DNA from: Phoronis australis | Taxonomy: Eukaryota; Animalia; Phoronida | Direction of reading: 5' to 3' | DNA length: 45,825 nt | NCBI GenBank assembly: GCA_002633005.1 | Contig: NMRA01000776.1 | Location: 1-45,825, forward strand | Shown here: positions 12,413 to 24,404 of the stretch, piece by piece | How the letters are laid out: each line of letters begins with the position of its first letter | How positions within the stretch are numbered: the stretch's first letter is position 1 | Program-made: the position numbers and the translations under genes | The notes under the pieces: generated by a model | What the model saw: only the letters and a program-made list of their open reading frames with translations | Database searches by the model: none | What the model was told of the DNA's origin: nothing

Positions 12413-15259
12413 AGTGCCAGGGTGTTCCATCGACACAGGAAACCCGTGAGAACAGATATACGGGAGTCGAAAACAGACTCAAGCACCTGTAAAACAGCTA
12501 ACCAACCCGAAAAAAACACGAACCCCTACCTTTAAAACAGGAACCCCTGAGATCGGAAACGACATCCCGGGAATGAAACACCACTTCCGCATGTTTTTCC
12601 ATACGTTGTTTGAATCTTCCTACTTTAAATAGTTGATATGGTATATTGTTTTACTATTATATGAAAATTTTGGACAACTTATAATGACGGAGTGGCGTTC
12701 TACGTTATTCTGCTGTTAAATTTGTGGTGCATTCTTTCGAGTCGGGTTTCCGGCGTCGAAAAATATTGCGTCACCTATAGACCTAATTCACGCGGCGGTC
12801 ATTAAAATCCAAAGCAAGGCTCACTGCGATAAACGTGAGTTAAATTGCCGGTCTTTCGAGTCGAACCTGGATATTAAATCTTAAAAATGTGTCGGCAATT
12901 AACCACATAGACGTAGACAAATACACTAGAGAACAAGTCAATTTACCAAAGAGTTGTCTGACGAAAGGGTATAAGATTTTTTTCGAAATACTAGGTTTGA
13001 AACATGAAAAGTAAATATGATCAAACTGCAGCGATCGTGTGTTACGGATTAGGCATTATGCTGACTGCAGGATTAAGTTTCGTCTTGTAAATTATTGATA
13101 AAAATGCGTTCTACACGAACCAAATCATCTGCTTGTATTTTTTGACGAGTTGAAGATATATTCGGCAGTGGTGGCTCATCGCATTTTGCTGTCATATGTG
13201 CAATTAGTCACATCTGGTTTAATTTGTTGATCAAGAACACTAGATCAAGCATATAGCGTAGGTCCCGGTGAAGTACATGTAGGGACTACCGGTACTAAGA
13301 ATTGATTTGCCATTGATCTGAAAGAATAACTGATGTTATTAAATATATTTTTTACTTAAATGAAAACCAGGCTCGTAATTGAAAATAATAATTATTTGAC
13401 CATTTTTTAAATTTTGAAAAAAAAAATTAAAAACGAGCAAAGCCCCAGAAATCTCATTCACTCCCTTGCACACATTCACAAGTAATTATTTGACCATCAA
13501 TTCTGCATTCTTGGTTTTAATAATTCTTACCTCTATTTCGTGTGTTAGGTTTCAAATATCAATCTGGACAAGTTGAATTTCAAAATTAAAACATCTAATT
13601 CGCTCGTCCAATGCATAACTTCGTTTTAGAGCTCAATTTCAGTTAACTGGGCTGCGTAACGGTAGTTATCATGTTTCTTCAGGGGCCTCGTTCATCCGAG
13701 GTTAAAGGTTCCCGTTCCCTCTGAGAGGGAACTTTTTCGCCGACTGAGGGTGAGAAATATCTACCTTCCAATTATCATCATTAGCACCCCGCCCTGTTGC
13801 AAGGTCTCATAGGCTCTGTTTCAAGTAGCATTTTGTGCTCTTTCAAATTGTCAACTGTTCAAACCCGAAGATCGGAGAGAACTTTTCACTAGGGTACTTT
13901 TTAGGCCTCGTGGGGGTGGAGATTTCGGGGGATTTTTCAATTTTTTTGAGAGAAGAGAAGGGCCGATATTCGGCCACAGAATCGAGGGATTGAGGGCATT
14001 GTCCTTTTTGGAAAGAAAAAAGTATGATCTTTCAAGCTGTAGTCATGAAAACACAGCCTGGCTGGCCGTAGATTCTCCGACCGTTGCTATGATGCTCGGC
14101 AATCGAGATGCGACAAACTATGATTTAACTTTTCGAAAACATTAATTTTTACAGGGATACATTTTTCTTTGTCACAGCGTATGGCAACGACCCAACGTTT
14201 CCGATTCTCAACGTCCTCAGGGATTGTGAAACGGACAATTGAGTGTCCGTATTTTTTCTAGCCCGCGTTCGAGCAACTACGCGGAATACAACCAGTATGC
14301 CGATTAGAAAGACCAACAGAGCTTATATCGTAGCGAGCCTCGTTTTGGAATGCGCCTCCTGTCGGCGTGAATTAGGTCTACCTTGTATAGGGCAACTTCT
14401 TTTTTCCCCAATTCTTCAGTCAACTATCCTTCCACGAGGTTGCATACACATTTGCGGAATTGGTTTTCTTTTCTTTTCAAGATTTTGATATTTTATACCT
14501 GCAAACCGAATTTCAGAACAAAGTTTGCAACAGTGATCCGCCGAAAAGTGAATGACAATGTGTTGACTTCAGAAATACCTATTCCGAATTCTGTTTAATG
14601 ACCGATGAGGAGTTGATGTACACTTTTTTTGGTGGACCAACGGTGAAATTGGTGACAGTGCAGCCATTTTGAGTGAATAACGCGCGCGATTCATTTCAAA
14701 ATCCGGAAATTGATTGTGCCAGAAATAATATGCTCTCGACAAGTAAGTTGACGAACCCTAAAATTCGGCCAACTGTAAATATATTTACAGGAATTCATCA
14801 ACTATGGCACTCGAAAGTCGAAATAATGTTTTTGTTTTTTTCTTTTTGAAAAGATTTTTGGAGAAACAAGTGAATAATCTGAAATTGCTCAAATATTCCC
14901 CGATACAACAACGTGTTGACACTTTAGATTGTGTTGAACTTCGCCCACAGACAAGTTGCACGAGTTTTACTGATGAAAATCATTTAACAAAGTCAATGTA
15001 ATATAAGTTAGGTATTATTATCGATAATTTTCAACAAGCAGATGCAGAAAATACTTTTAGACTCATAATTTGAGACTCAGAAAATTAAAAAAATTGTCCG
15101 TGTTTCCTGTCTGATCCCTGGGATTCCTGGTTTAAAGGTCAGGGTACGTGTTTTTTTGGGCTAGTGAACTGTTTTGAAGGTGCAGGAGTCTGTTTTTGAA
15201 TTCGGGATACCCGTTTCGATAGACCGCCCTGATTACCCTGTGTCTGGGGGAGTGGCACT
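12413..15259. mobile_element. ~2.85-kb non-autonomous DNA element with ~170-bp imperfect TIRs
   Basis: 12413-12575 (AGTGCCA..GACACAGG..AAAACAGACTC..GCACCT..AAAAAAACACG..ACCTTTAAA.CAGGAA) matches the reverse complement of 15095-15259. No clear TSD. Confidence 0.7.
12778..14380. mobile_element. 1.6-kb non-autonomous TIR element nested inside the 12413-15259 element
   Basis: Perfect 16-bp TIR TAGACCTAATTCACGC / GCGTGAATTAGGTCTA, extending imperfectly to ~60 bp (TCCAAA.C.AGGCTC.CT.CGATA). Confidence 0.75.
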
Positions 15260-15320
15260 TTAAAGGCGAAGACAACCTTTTTCCATGGCAACACTTTTTT
15301 ATGCGTATTAGGCCGTCATC

Positions 15321-15402
15321 TCCGTCCGTCCGTCTGTCCGTCCGTCGGTCCGTCCGTCGGTCCGTCTGTCGGTCCGTCCGTCGGTCCGTCCGTCCGGCGT
15401 CC
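15321..15402. repeat. (CCGT/CTGT/CGGT)n tetranucleotide microsatellite
   Basis: TCCGTCCGTCCGTCTGTCCGTCCGTCGGTCCG... Confidence 0.95.
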
Positions 15403-15479
15403 GCTGTTCTATCTCTAAAACGCCTTGAGGTATATGCATGAAATGTGGCACTGTCGTGTTCTTTCCGTGAATGGACGGC

Positions 15480-17845
15480 ATGAGCGAACTTTTGTACCGA
15501 TCCGAATACAGGTGTGCCCCCTAGTGGCAATTTTATTTTTTTACGTTTACCTCTGTATCATCAAAAGTCCTCAACGGATTTTCATAAAATTTGGTATATA
15601 GGCACCTATTAGTGAGATGACGCTATTCTCCCACTTTCGGAAGTGTTCGACGTAGTTTGCGTCAGCTTGTGGCCATTTTTACTGTTATCAACCAAACAGC
15701 TCAAATGATGATTGTGAAAATTGGCATGTATGTTCTAACTATGAGGTGGACGGCTGACGATGGTTTTCCGACAATTTGACTACTGTGGCGTCTCCTAGTG
15801 GCAGTTTTGTTTGTTTTGTGCCAGTGGCTGTATCTCCTAAACCGTTGGCAGGATCTCTACTAAGTTTAGTAAGTATATTTGTATGATGTTAACAACGGAG
15901 GACGACGACTTTCGGACAGATCTGACAACTGGTGTGCCACCTAGTGGCAAGTTTATTTTTAACGTTTACCTCTGTATTTTCAAAGGTCCTTAATATATTT
16001 CCATAAAGTTTGGCTTACAGCCATCTGTTAATGAAGTGACGCTACCGCTCCGTTTTTCAGATGGATTCGACCTAGTTTGCGCCACCTAGCGGCCATTTTT
16101 CCTGTTTTGAGTTTTTTTTGGCGTCCACTGGTATATCAACCAAACCGCTTTCAGAATAATTTGAAAATTGACATGTATGTTTTTACTAAGAAACGGACGG
16201 CGGCTGACGGTGATTTTCCAAATAATTCGACCACTGTGGCGCCTCCTAGTGGCATTTTTACACTCGTGGCTGCATCTCCTAAGCCGTTTGCAGGATCTTT
16301 ACTTAATTTAGCAAGCGTAGTTACATGAAGTTGAACGGACGACGACTTTCAGACGGATCTGACTACTAATGTGCCCCCTAGTGGCAATTTTACGTTTACC
16401 TCTGTATCTTTGATTGTTTTCAACGGATTTTCATAAAATTTGGTATATATGCACCTATTAGTGAGATGACGCTATCCTCCTGTTTTCGGAAGAGTTCGAC
16501 GTAGTTTGCAACACTTAGTGACCCTTTCTACTGTTTTCGAATCTGTTTTTTGCGTCCAATCCTCTATCAACCAAACCGCTCAAAGGACGATTGTGAAAAT
16601 TGGCATGTTTGTTCTAACTATGAGGTGAACGCCGAGCTGAAGATGATTTTCTAACTTCGACTACTGTGGCGTCTCCTAGTGGCATTTTTGTTTGTTTTGT
16701 GTCTGTGGCTGTATCTCCTAAACAGTACGCAGGATCCTTACTAAATTTAGTATGTGTATTTATATGATGATAACAACGAAGGACGATGACTTTCGGACAG
16801 ATCTGACTACTGGTGTGCCACCTAGTGGCAAGTTTATTTTTACGTTTACCTCTGTATCTTCAAAGGTCCTCAATGTTTTTTTCCATAAAATTTGGCATAC
16901 AGGAGTCTGTTAATGAGGTGACGCTACCCTTCCGTTTTCAGATGGATTCGACCTAGTTTGCGCCACCTAGTGGTCATTTATACTGTTTTCAAGTCTGTTT
17001 TTTGGCGTCCACTCGTCTATCAACCAAACCACTTTCAGAATAGTTGTGAAAATTGGCATGTTTGTTTTTATGATGAAGTGGACGACGGCTGGCGATGATT
17101 TTTCAACAACTTCGACTACTGTGGCGCCTCCTAGTGGCATTTTTGCACTCATGGCTGTATCTCCTAAAGCGTTTTCAGGATCTTTATTTAATTTAGCAAG
17201 TGTATTTATATGATGTTGACAACGGACGACGACGACTTTCGGACAGATCTGACTACTGGTATGCACCCTACTGAGTGGCAATTTTAGTTTTTTACGTTTA
17301 CCAATGTATCTTGAAAGGTCCTCAACAGATTTTCATAAATTTTGAATATAGGCATGTATTGGTAAGATGACGCTATCCTTTTGTTTTTGGATAGAATCGA
17401 GATATTTTGCGCCACCTAGTGGTCTTTTTTGCTGTTTTCAAATCTTGTTTTTGGTGTCCATCCCTCTATCAACCAAATCATTCTAGGGATGGTTTTGAAA
17501 ATTGTCGTATTATGTTCTCAGTGTGAAGAGGACGTTCAATGATGGCAACTAAATACTGTGGCGCCTCCTAGTGGTAGTTTTGTTTTGTTTTGCGCTCATA
17601 GCTGTATCTCCTAAACCCACTGCAGGATTTTTATTAAGTTTAGTAAGTGCGTTAATACATGAAGACAACAACAGACGACGATTACGACTTTCAAACGGAT
17701 CCAACTGACGCTGTGTCCACAAGTGGCAATTTCATTTCATTTTGTTTTCCAATGTTTCTCTGAAGTTCCTTGACAGATTTTATGAAATATGGCAATATCC
17801 CGTTTTTGGATTGATTGTGCGTTTTTGTGCCATCGAGTGGCCATT
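15480..17845 (+). repeat. Tandem satellite: ~5.3 units of ~420-450 bp, each made of three ~145-bp subunits
   Basis: Marker GTGCC(C/A)CCTAGTGGCAA.TT...TACGTTTACCTCTGTATC recurs at ~15514, 15934, 16371, 16815, 17261 and 17714. TATCAACCAAAC and GCTGTATCTCCTAA occur once per unit. Confidence 0.95.
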
Positions 17846-18413
17846 ATATGATACAAATTAATAGCCCTAAAAGCACACCTTTTGCTTTGCGTTTGTGGAT
17901 AGATGCTACCTATTGAATCGTGTCTGTAATATATTCCACTAGTTGAGACACAGCAATAAATTTACTTATCATGACACCAAAACAGAGGAACTGTATTTGA
18001 TAAGCATATCGTGATCAGTAATCCCTCCGTAATAAATACATTATATGTTCAGTATCGAAAGATCCTCTGTGATGTAGTTGTATACAGTGACTCCTATTTG
18101 TGTAGAGATTATTTGCTTTGTATGTATCTTTTCGATGAGAGAATGGTGAAGAAAGCAAAAACAAACGATGTACGTGAAGCATCAAGCGCGGAATTTACCG
18201 GAGATTTTCGAATGAACCGATTGAGCCATTCTAGATAGCGCCAGGTTGATGTTGAATACCTTGCCAGATTACTGGACGAGAATTTAAGGCAATAAAATTT
18301 CAAGAGTTTTGTATTGTGAACTATTTCGGGAGAGTTATCAATACAATCAATAGAAAATAAAACAGAGTCTGTACTTGGAAGGCAATTCTATCGAAAATCT
18401 GCGGTGGCATGTT

Positions 18414-18419
18414 TTTATT
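18414..18419 (-). terminator. Polyadenylation signal AATAAA
   Basis: About 27 nt downstream of the TAG stop of the terminal exon. Confidence 0.6.
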
Positions 18420-18445
18420 GTACTGCAGCTGCATCGATATTACAT

Positions 18446-18554
18446 CTAATACTCTTCAACGCAAAGGACGTGTTGCGCGCATTTTTTACACTTCGTAGAA
18501 CACCTGTTGCCCTCGATGTTTGGTAACGTGGGTGCGGCTTCGTCTTGAGTCCAC
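18446..18554 (-). CDS. Terminal coding exon of the Cys-rich PCSK9-C/resistin-like protein: (P)WTQDEAAPTLPNIEGNRCSTKCKKCAQHVLCVEEY*
   Basis: Acceptor TTATTTTCTGTATCAG|G. Phase 2 matches the previous exon. TAG at 18448-18446, followed by AATAAA. Confidence 0.8.
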
Positions 18555-18896
18555 CTGATACAGAAAATAATAGCCTAAGGAAAGGTTCGAAAACACGGCA
18601 CACTGTTACGTCATTTCCGGTATGTGAATGTCGGCTGCTGGTACAAACTCACATGGCGTCAGGGTGTTACAAGTTTGTTACAAGTTCAACAATCCTCTCT
18701 GACAGTGATTATTCCAGCAGGAACGGATTCACAAATCAAAGGTAAACAAGCAAAGGTAATAAAACATTGCACACGAATTAGAAAGGTGATAAACTAACAA
18801 GATCACCTGAATCTTACTGAGCCTAAAACAATATTCGTTTACCTGATATCGATCCCCTGAAAAGTATTTTGTTTTCGAAGCATAACATATACTTAC

Positions 18897-19030
18897 GGAT
18901 TGAGTATTGTGCATACTTCCAATTCGTAGCCTGCGGCACATTCATATGATGGGTTGCTGAAAAAGTCGCCACCCGAATACCCCATAACTGGATTCCTTCT
19001 CAAGTACACCCTTGCACACGTGGCCTTAGC
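18897..19030 (-). CDS. Internal coding exon: AKATCARVYLRRNPVMGYSGGDFFSNPSYECAAGYELEVCTILN(P)
   Basis: Acceptor ATATTTTTAG|GCT, donor TCC|GTAAGT, 134 nt, phase 0 to 2, no stops. AKATC completes the A-x-A-x-C end of the module begun in the previous exon. Confidence 0.85.
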
Positions 19031-19752
19031 CTAAAAATATTGTTAAGTTGTTACAGTCTACCAATTATGGTTGTTTTGAGACGAAATTTTCCCCTGTGGC
19101 ATGACAGGTAGCATAATAACGAGTAACGTGGGTTCTCACTGATTAACAGAAGGATGTAACATTTGGACATACCGATTTTTAGATGTTGAAACATGCCAAA
19201 GTATGCTATACATTAAGGGACACTCACTAATTTTTCGTCATTTTTGCCCCCCCAGGCTGGATGAATTGAAGGATTAAAGCAACAAAATCACAAAATATGA
19301 AACACGTGGAAGTATTGGTCATACATAAAGCTTGCCAAAAACGTGCATTCAAACTGTTTTTTTTTTCATTTATTCCCACAGCAAACCTGGCTGGCCATTC
19401 CATAAAACGAGCAAAGCCACACAAAATTGGAAGGTTTCAACCCAAAACTAGCATGCTACTACTAGTCACGAGCAACTCAGAATGCCAAACACTCCAGATT
19501 CTAAGACTAGAAGACAGTGGGTGTCGACCAAACAGTTTTTTTGCTAACCCGAAAAGTCTGAAGGGTACTTGAATGTCCAGCCAAAAGTTTACTAGTCGAC
19601 TGGAAGTGGTTAAAAAATAAACAAATAACATTCGTGGCTAGCCACCACAATTCCTAAAGGTTAAAATGTCCAGCCAATTCAGTAGGCAGAGTTCATTCAA
19701 AAATGTTGCTTCAAAGCCCTACAGAGAACCCTTCACTGTCTCATACATGTAC

Positions 19753-19949
19753 CTTGGTTCCACTTTTTTGCCATCTATTGCTGGCGAAGCAAGTCATCGC
19801 TCCGTTGCTATCTCGTGTCATTTTATTTCCGTCGCACGTGCCTGTGTTTTCGCAGACGCAGCCAACCATGCGGTCGCCTGGGTTACACGTCACAGACGAT
19901 AGCTCGTCATCAGTACCACCCGTCGCTGGTCCCAGTTTGGTGTACACAC
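19753..19949 (-). CDS. Internal coding exon, PCSK9 C-terminal/resistin-like Cys module: VYTKLGPATGGTDDELSSVTCNPGDRMVGCVCENTGTCDGNKMTRDSNGAMTCFASNRWQKSGTK
   Basis: Acceptor TTTATTTTGCAG|GT, donor AAG|GTACAT, 197 nt, phase 1 to 0. The pattern C-x2-G-x4-G-C-x-C...G...C-x-A-x-N...G-x-x-A-x-A-x-C resembles PCSK9 CTD module 1 and resistin. Confidence 0.85.
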
Positions 19950-20532
19950 CTGCAAAATAAACACGATGGATTATTCGTAGGTTAATACATTATGATAGAA
20001 GGTACATGGAACGTACTCCCGTCTCCCGCCTACAAAATGTGTGGAAGACAACCCGTTGCACAACTATTTTGATAACAGGATTGAAGGCGGTCGTCACACA
20101 CAGGCTTACATGTACATGTAGAACTACACGTATATGGCAAGCCTTAGTGTGAAAAACTGTTTGAAGGATTCATAACGCCGGGCTATCAAACGATAATGCA
20201 GACAAAACGAAACGAATGGTTGAAGTCAGTTTCGAAAAATTATGAAAAATGATGATCCTAAGTTGTGCTCAGCATGCAATATTGGTTATCCCAGGCCGGA
20301 AAACAAATCTGAAATAGAGAGAGACGGAAATAAGCAAGTCTCAAAAATCACTACGCAACACCCGCCTGTTTGCTCAGCGTGCTTCTCAAAAATGAAATGA
20401 TACGATCTGATATCGATTTTAGAGGAAGCGACATCACATTCTAACGATACGTTTTACACGTTTTACATTATTTGTTTGGTTCAAGGAAAACAGAACTACA
20501 CTACTTCGCAATAACTAAACGACAAAGCCTGA

Positions 20533-20766
20533 TTAACTCCGTTTTATTGCACAAACTATGCAGTTTAGCGACAAAAATGTGCAGTGCAGCTCTTTCTGGG
20601 AGACAAATTGGCGCTTTCCTGTGTAAAGGTGCTTCATGACAAACTGAAAGTCCACCGCCAGAGAGCGTGCTGCTTCCACACCTACAGCTCTACCTTCTCG
20701 CCATCTTTGCCAACACAGGATTTGAACAGATGGACTGGTGTTTGCTCTAAAACACGAACAAGTCAC
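20533..20766 (-). pseudogene. Possible decayed BTB/POZ-domain fragment inside the intron (also at 1767-2051 and 3248-3544)
   Basis: SPSVQILCWQRWREGRAVGVE...DFQFVMKHLYTGK resembles the BTB motif S-P-x-F...W-x-E...F-x-x-h-h-x-x-L-Y-T-G. The frame is open in all three copies. Confidence 0.3.
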
Positions 20767-22686
20767 CGGATTTTCTAATATAAGCTAGGCATCTGATTGG
20801 TGATGATCACTGAGTGAACATAAACACCACAAAGCTAAATATTGATAATCTACATTGCTGATAACAGCTTATTGCATCGACTGAAAGATGTTGTCAACAT
20901 ATCAATACCCATCCCAGCGGTTTGGCCCACGTATAGTATTTCATTCAAGAAGGAAGGAATCTACACTAACTTTTAAAGAGGAATTCAAGTCAGATGCCAA
21001 ACACGTTAAAAATAGCAATGTCTGAGTTTGACGTTTCAGTTTATTTCAGGCTGTATATGCTATTGCCGAGAAGACATTACTAATACGACAATAGCCTTGT
21101 ACAACACAATAGCTTAGCAAAACTTTCGCGATATCTATGGCGTACGGTGACACCGATTTTTAAGGTAGATGTAGAGGAGCTTTGTCTAACAACAGGGTAC
21201 CTGAACGGCCCAGTTTCCTAATACACCTGTAGGTATTCAGCCCTAGTGACATACACATCTCTTCACGTGTCGCCAAGCGTTTGTCTTTTTGATTATTATC
21301 TTTGTTCAGTTTATCATTACAGCTCTGAAACATACGTGTGTATCTTCACAAACACACGCACTGACACACGCCCGCGTAAACGCACGCGTAGGCGCACAAC
21401 TTCACACATTCATAGCAGTAATACATGTACGTGCAATACTTGTCACGGACATGATCATTGGGGATATGTGGAGTAATAACCCTCTCCCCAAACCATCGCC
21501 ATGACAGCAGAAGGCCCAGATCTCCAGAACTGACGTTGCCTGTAAGCATCTGATTGGACAAAACTCGGGCACAGCACTTGTTGGGACTTCTAGCAGCATG
21601 GCAATAGATGTACATGTACGTAATATCAGCTTCGAGCAGTCGGCTGCCATCGATGAACTCAGCTACTCGAATGTACGTCTGTGAGCCAGCAGCTTGCAGC
21701 TTAACGTCAGCCGACTCTAAGCAGAGGGATTAACTTGGTACGTGGTGCATGAGCCAGCTTGGTAATCGACAAGCTCATTAATCAAGACACAGGCGTGGCC
21801 AGGTACGAAAGATCAGATCACACATTCATACACAAACTTACAAACATACATGCAAGCAGTCTTGTATAGTTATGTGTGCTGCAACTTACCCAGACTGTCT
21901 CCCACCAAAACGACCAGAACAGTAAGAAACAAGCATCCAAATTCCATCGTCTTTTCTGAAACGTGTGGAGTTATCAGTTACACGTCACGTGACTTATTCA
22001 ACAATTTGGTGATAAATTATTATGATCCGTCAATGTCCAAGTGACACGCCGTTTGAATTTCTTAAATATACTGGAAATTTTATTGCTAAAATTCTCTTGG
22101 TATAAAAACAACTTTACACATTATTAGTAGAAAAACACAGCGCGCATTGACAATATTGCTCACTTCAGCACAAGTAACACAGTCGGAGATTACTTTGGTT
22201 TTTTGAGATCAGCTTGAAAGGCGGACTCGACAGTTTGCTAGTATGAATGAACCCCGTACGGAAGTTGCATAGAATAGAAGACTTGCAATAAAATCCCCAA
22301 AACAAGGAATTTCGTTGATTGCTACATGTAGCTCTGATCAAAGCTAATAATTTCAATAAGTCTGTCTCATACAACGAATATGCCCCAATACATTTTTCGG
22401 CCCTTCCATGTCATACTGATGGTAACTTATCATTAATTGTGCTAACAAGTCAACAACTTTGGGTCTACTCCAAAGCGTAATGTCATCTTTTTACGGAATC
22501 ATGAGTAGTAAGATATAACTTATTTGACAAGAATATTTTTTTTAAAAAAAATTCACAAATTCAGCAACAGAATTGGCGTTTCATTTTTGATATATATATA
22601 TATATGTACATATATATATAAAAGCGGGATTACTGGCATAAGGTACTACGAAATTTTCAACATCATTTGAGATATAATCTCAAAAA

Positions 22687-22688
<2 letters not shown>

Positions 22689-22726
<38 letters not shown>
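22689..22726. repeat. (TA)n microsatellite; a second interrupted run lies at 22590-22620 within a short local duplication
   Basis: Both runs are followed by AAAGCGGGATTACTGG. Confidence 0.95.
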
Positions 22727-22729
<3 letters not shown>

Positions 22730-24404
22730 CGGGATTACTGGAGTTTAATGATAACGATTTCTACAGGCATAAAGCATATGCTTGCTGGCCGGAGCCTACA
22801 AAAAGAAAACACATGCGTTTTGTTGCATTTGTTTTTTACAAAAATTTAAAAACTAACTGCAGTGGCAGATTGTTGGCCGGATATGTAAATCTGCAGGGTG
22901 TTGCTGTACATATATAACCGATCTTATAAAATTAAGTTCAGGCTACATACACCCATTTATATGTATTGTTTGAAATTTGGTAGATTTCAAACTTCAGTCT
23001 AATAACGATCTTTTCAAAAAGACTAAAAATACGGGTTCATCCGGAAGGAATTGTTTTTGCTTCTTTTGAAGAAAAAATAGATTGTGTGTCCAATACAGAT
23101 GTTGTCATTTAGCAAAAGTTTGCGGGTTAGATTACTTGGTTACTATGTATAAGACAAGAAAATTGAACAGTGCGTCCACATTACCTTCATATCCCGTGGG
23201 TGTCGCATACATGTAAGTCGGAATGATACAACTCCTAATTAAAACATTGAAAGGATTAACAGCTAGTTGTTAATTAAGATGTAGAGTGTAGAAGGGCGTT
23301 ATTTGAACAATATAATGTTCAGCTTTGTTGTTAGAGAACTTCGTGTAAGATGAGATCATTACAAATCTCCGAATTTTTATCATGCACAGAGCTACTGTAA
23401 AGGGTTTTTACGCTTGAACTAAATGACGTTCAACAAAATTGCGGAAAAGTCGAAAGCTGTCTGTCTCAGATTGTGGCGTCATTGTAAAATAAACAAAAAT
23501 CTGTTTGCTTCGAAATAGCACCCTTTTTGGAAGAGGTGAAATATTATCAAAATTTTTGACAACTACTGGCTTACTGGTGCGAGAGCCTGTGCGGAGATGA
23601 GTGGGAAGTACATATACTGTAGAGTGTCACGTTGAAAAAGTTAAGAAATCTTATCTTAAGTACATGTATGAGTATACTAAACAGCTTGTTCACATCCATG
23701 CGTCATAGTCATAAAACAGCAAATCGACAATACCAATAATTGATATATGTGTTGCATTCAGTTATTAATACAGTTCAAAAACAGAATGTCGCATGATTTT
23801 AACCTCAATTAGCGATGCGCAGCTTCAAAAATTACTCGAGCACAGATCGGAACCAAATTGCGCTGTTTTAGTTTATCAAAAAGAAATGGTAGAAATTTTT
23901 GTTCTCTTTACTTGTCGTGTTCCAAGAGAAGTTAAGTTTATCCGAAGTATTTCAGTTATTCAGAGCAAGGAAATTTTGATATTGCCAGTAATGGCGGTTC
24001 ATAAAATATTAAAGAAAAATGTTGTTTTGTGAAATTCTCGTCAACTGGTCACCGTAAATCCTAAAAATGAGCCCATGGGATTTTTTCGTTTTAATGTTTT
24101 CTACATAATTTTAATTAAATATGGATATTCTTAAATTTGCATATAAATGTGAGATTAAAAATCAGTTTTCCGTTACATCCGCGAATTAATGAAGGCATCT
24201 CTGGCAAAAATAACTAATCAAATTAATGCTTCAAAGTCCTTTTGAAACGCAATATGTTTGGCGTCTTTTTGTATTGTCCTGTTTACTGACGACCTCGCGT
24301 TCATTTATACGCGTATTAAATCGCGTTGGCCATTGTTACCTTTCCACCACACGCTGTTGTATTTTATCATTCGTTCATTATTTTTATAGACATATATGGT
24401 GGCC

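Larger units (their letters stand above)
15293..17850 (+). mobile_element. Helentron/HINE (DINE-1/pearl-like) non-autonomous element carrying a satellite array
   Basis: T-run, short head, (GTCC/GTCT/GTCG)n microsatellite, then a long central tandem array. This is the known layout of HINE elements. The 3' end is not resolved. Confidence 0.6.

Noticed and set aside
15132-15530. 132-aa ORF with RTDR repeats
   Set aside because: It is the translation of the (GTCC)n microsatellite of the HINE-like element.
15480-17845. Regularly spaced conserved ~15-bp motif resembling a CRISPR array
   Set aside because: The intervening sequences are themselves repeated, the spacing is ~145 bp, there are no cas genes, and the context is eukaryotic.
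18415-18603. 62-aa ORF from the track
   Set aside because: Wrong frame; the spliced phase-2 frame gives the Cys-patterned terminal exon.
21346-21650. Cys-rich ORFs resembling a signal peptide plus LRR N-cap
   Set aside because: Frames are broken by indels between copies, and the Cys richness largely comes from CA/TG-rich low-complexity DNA.
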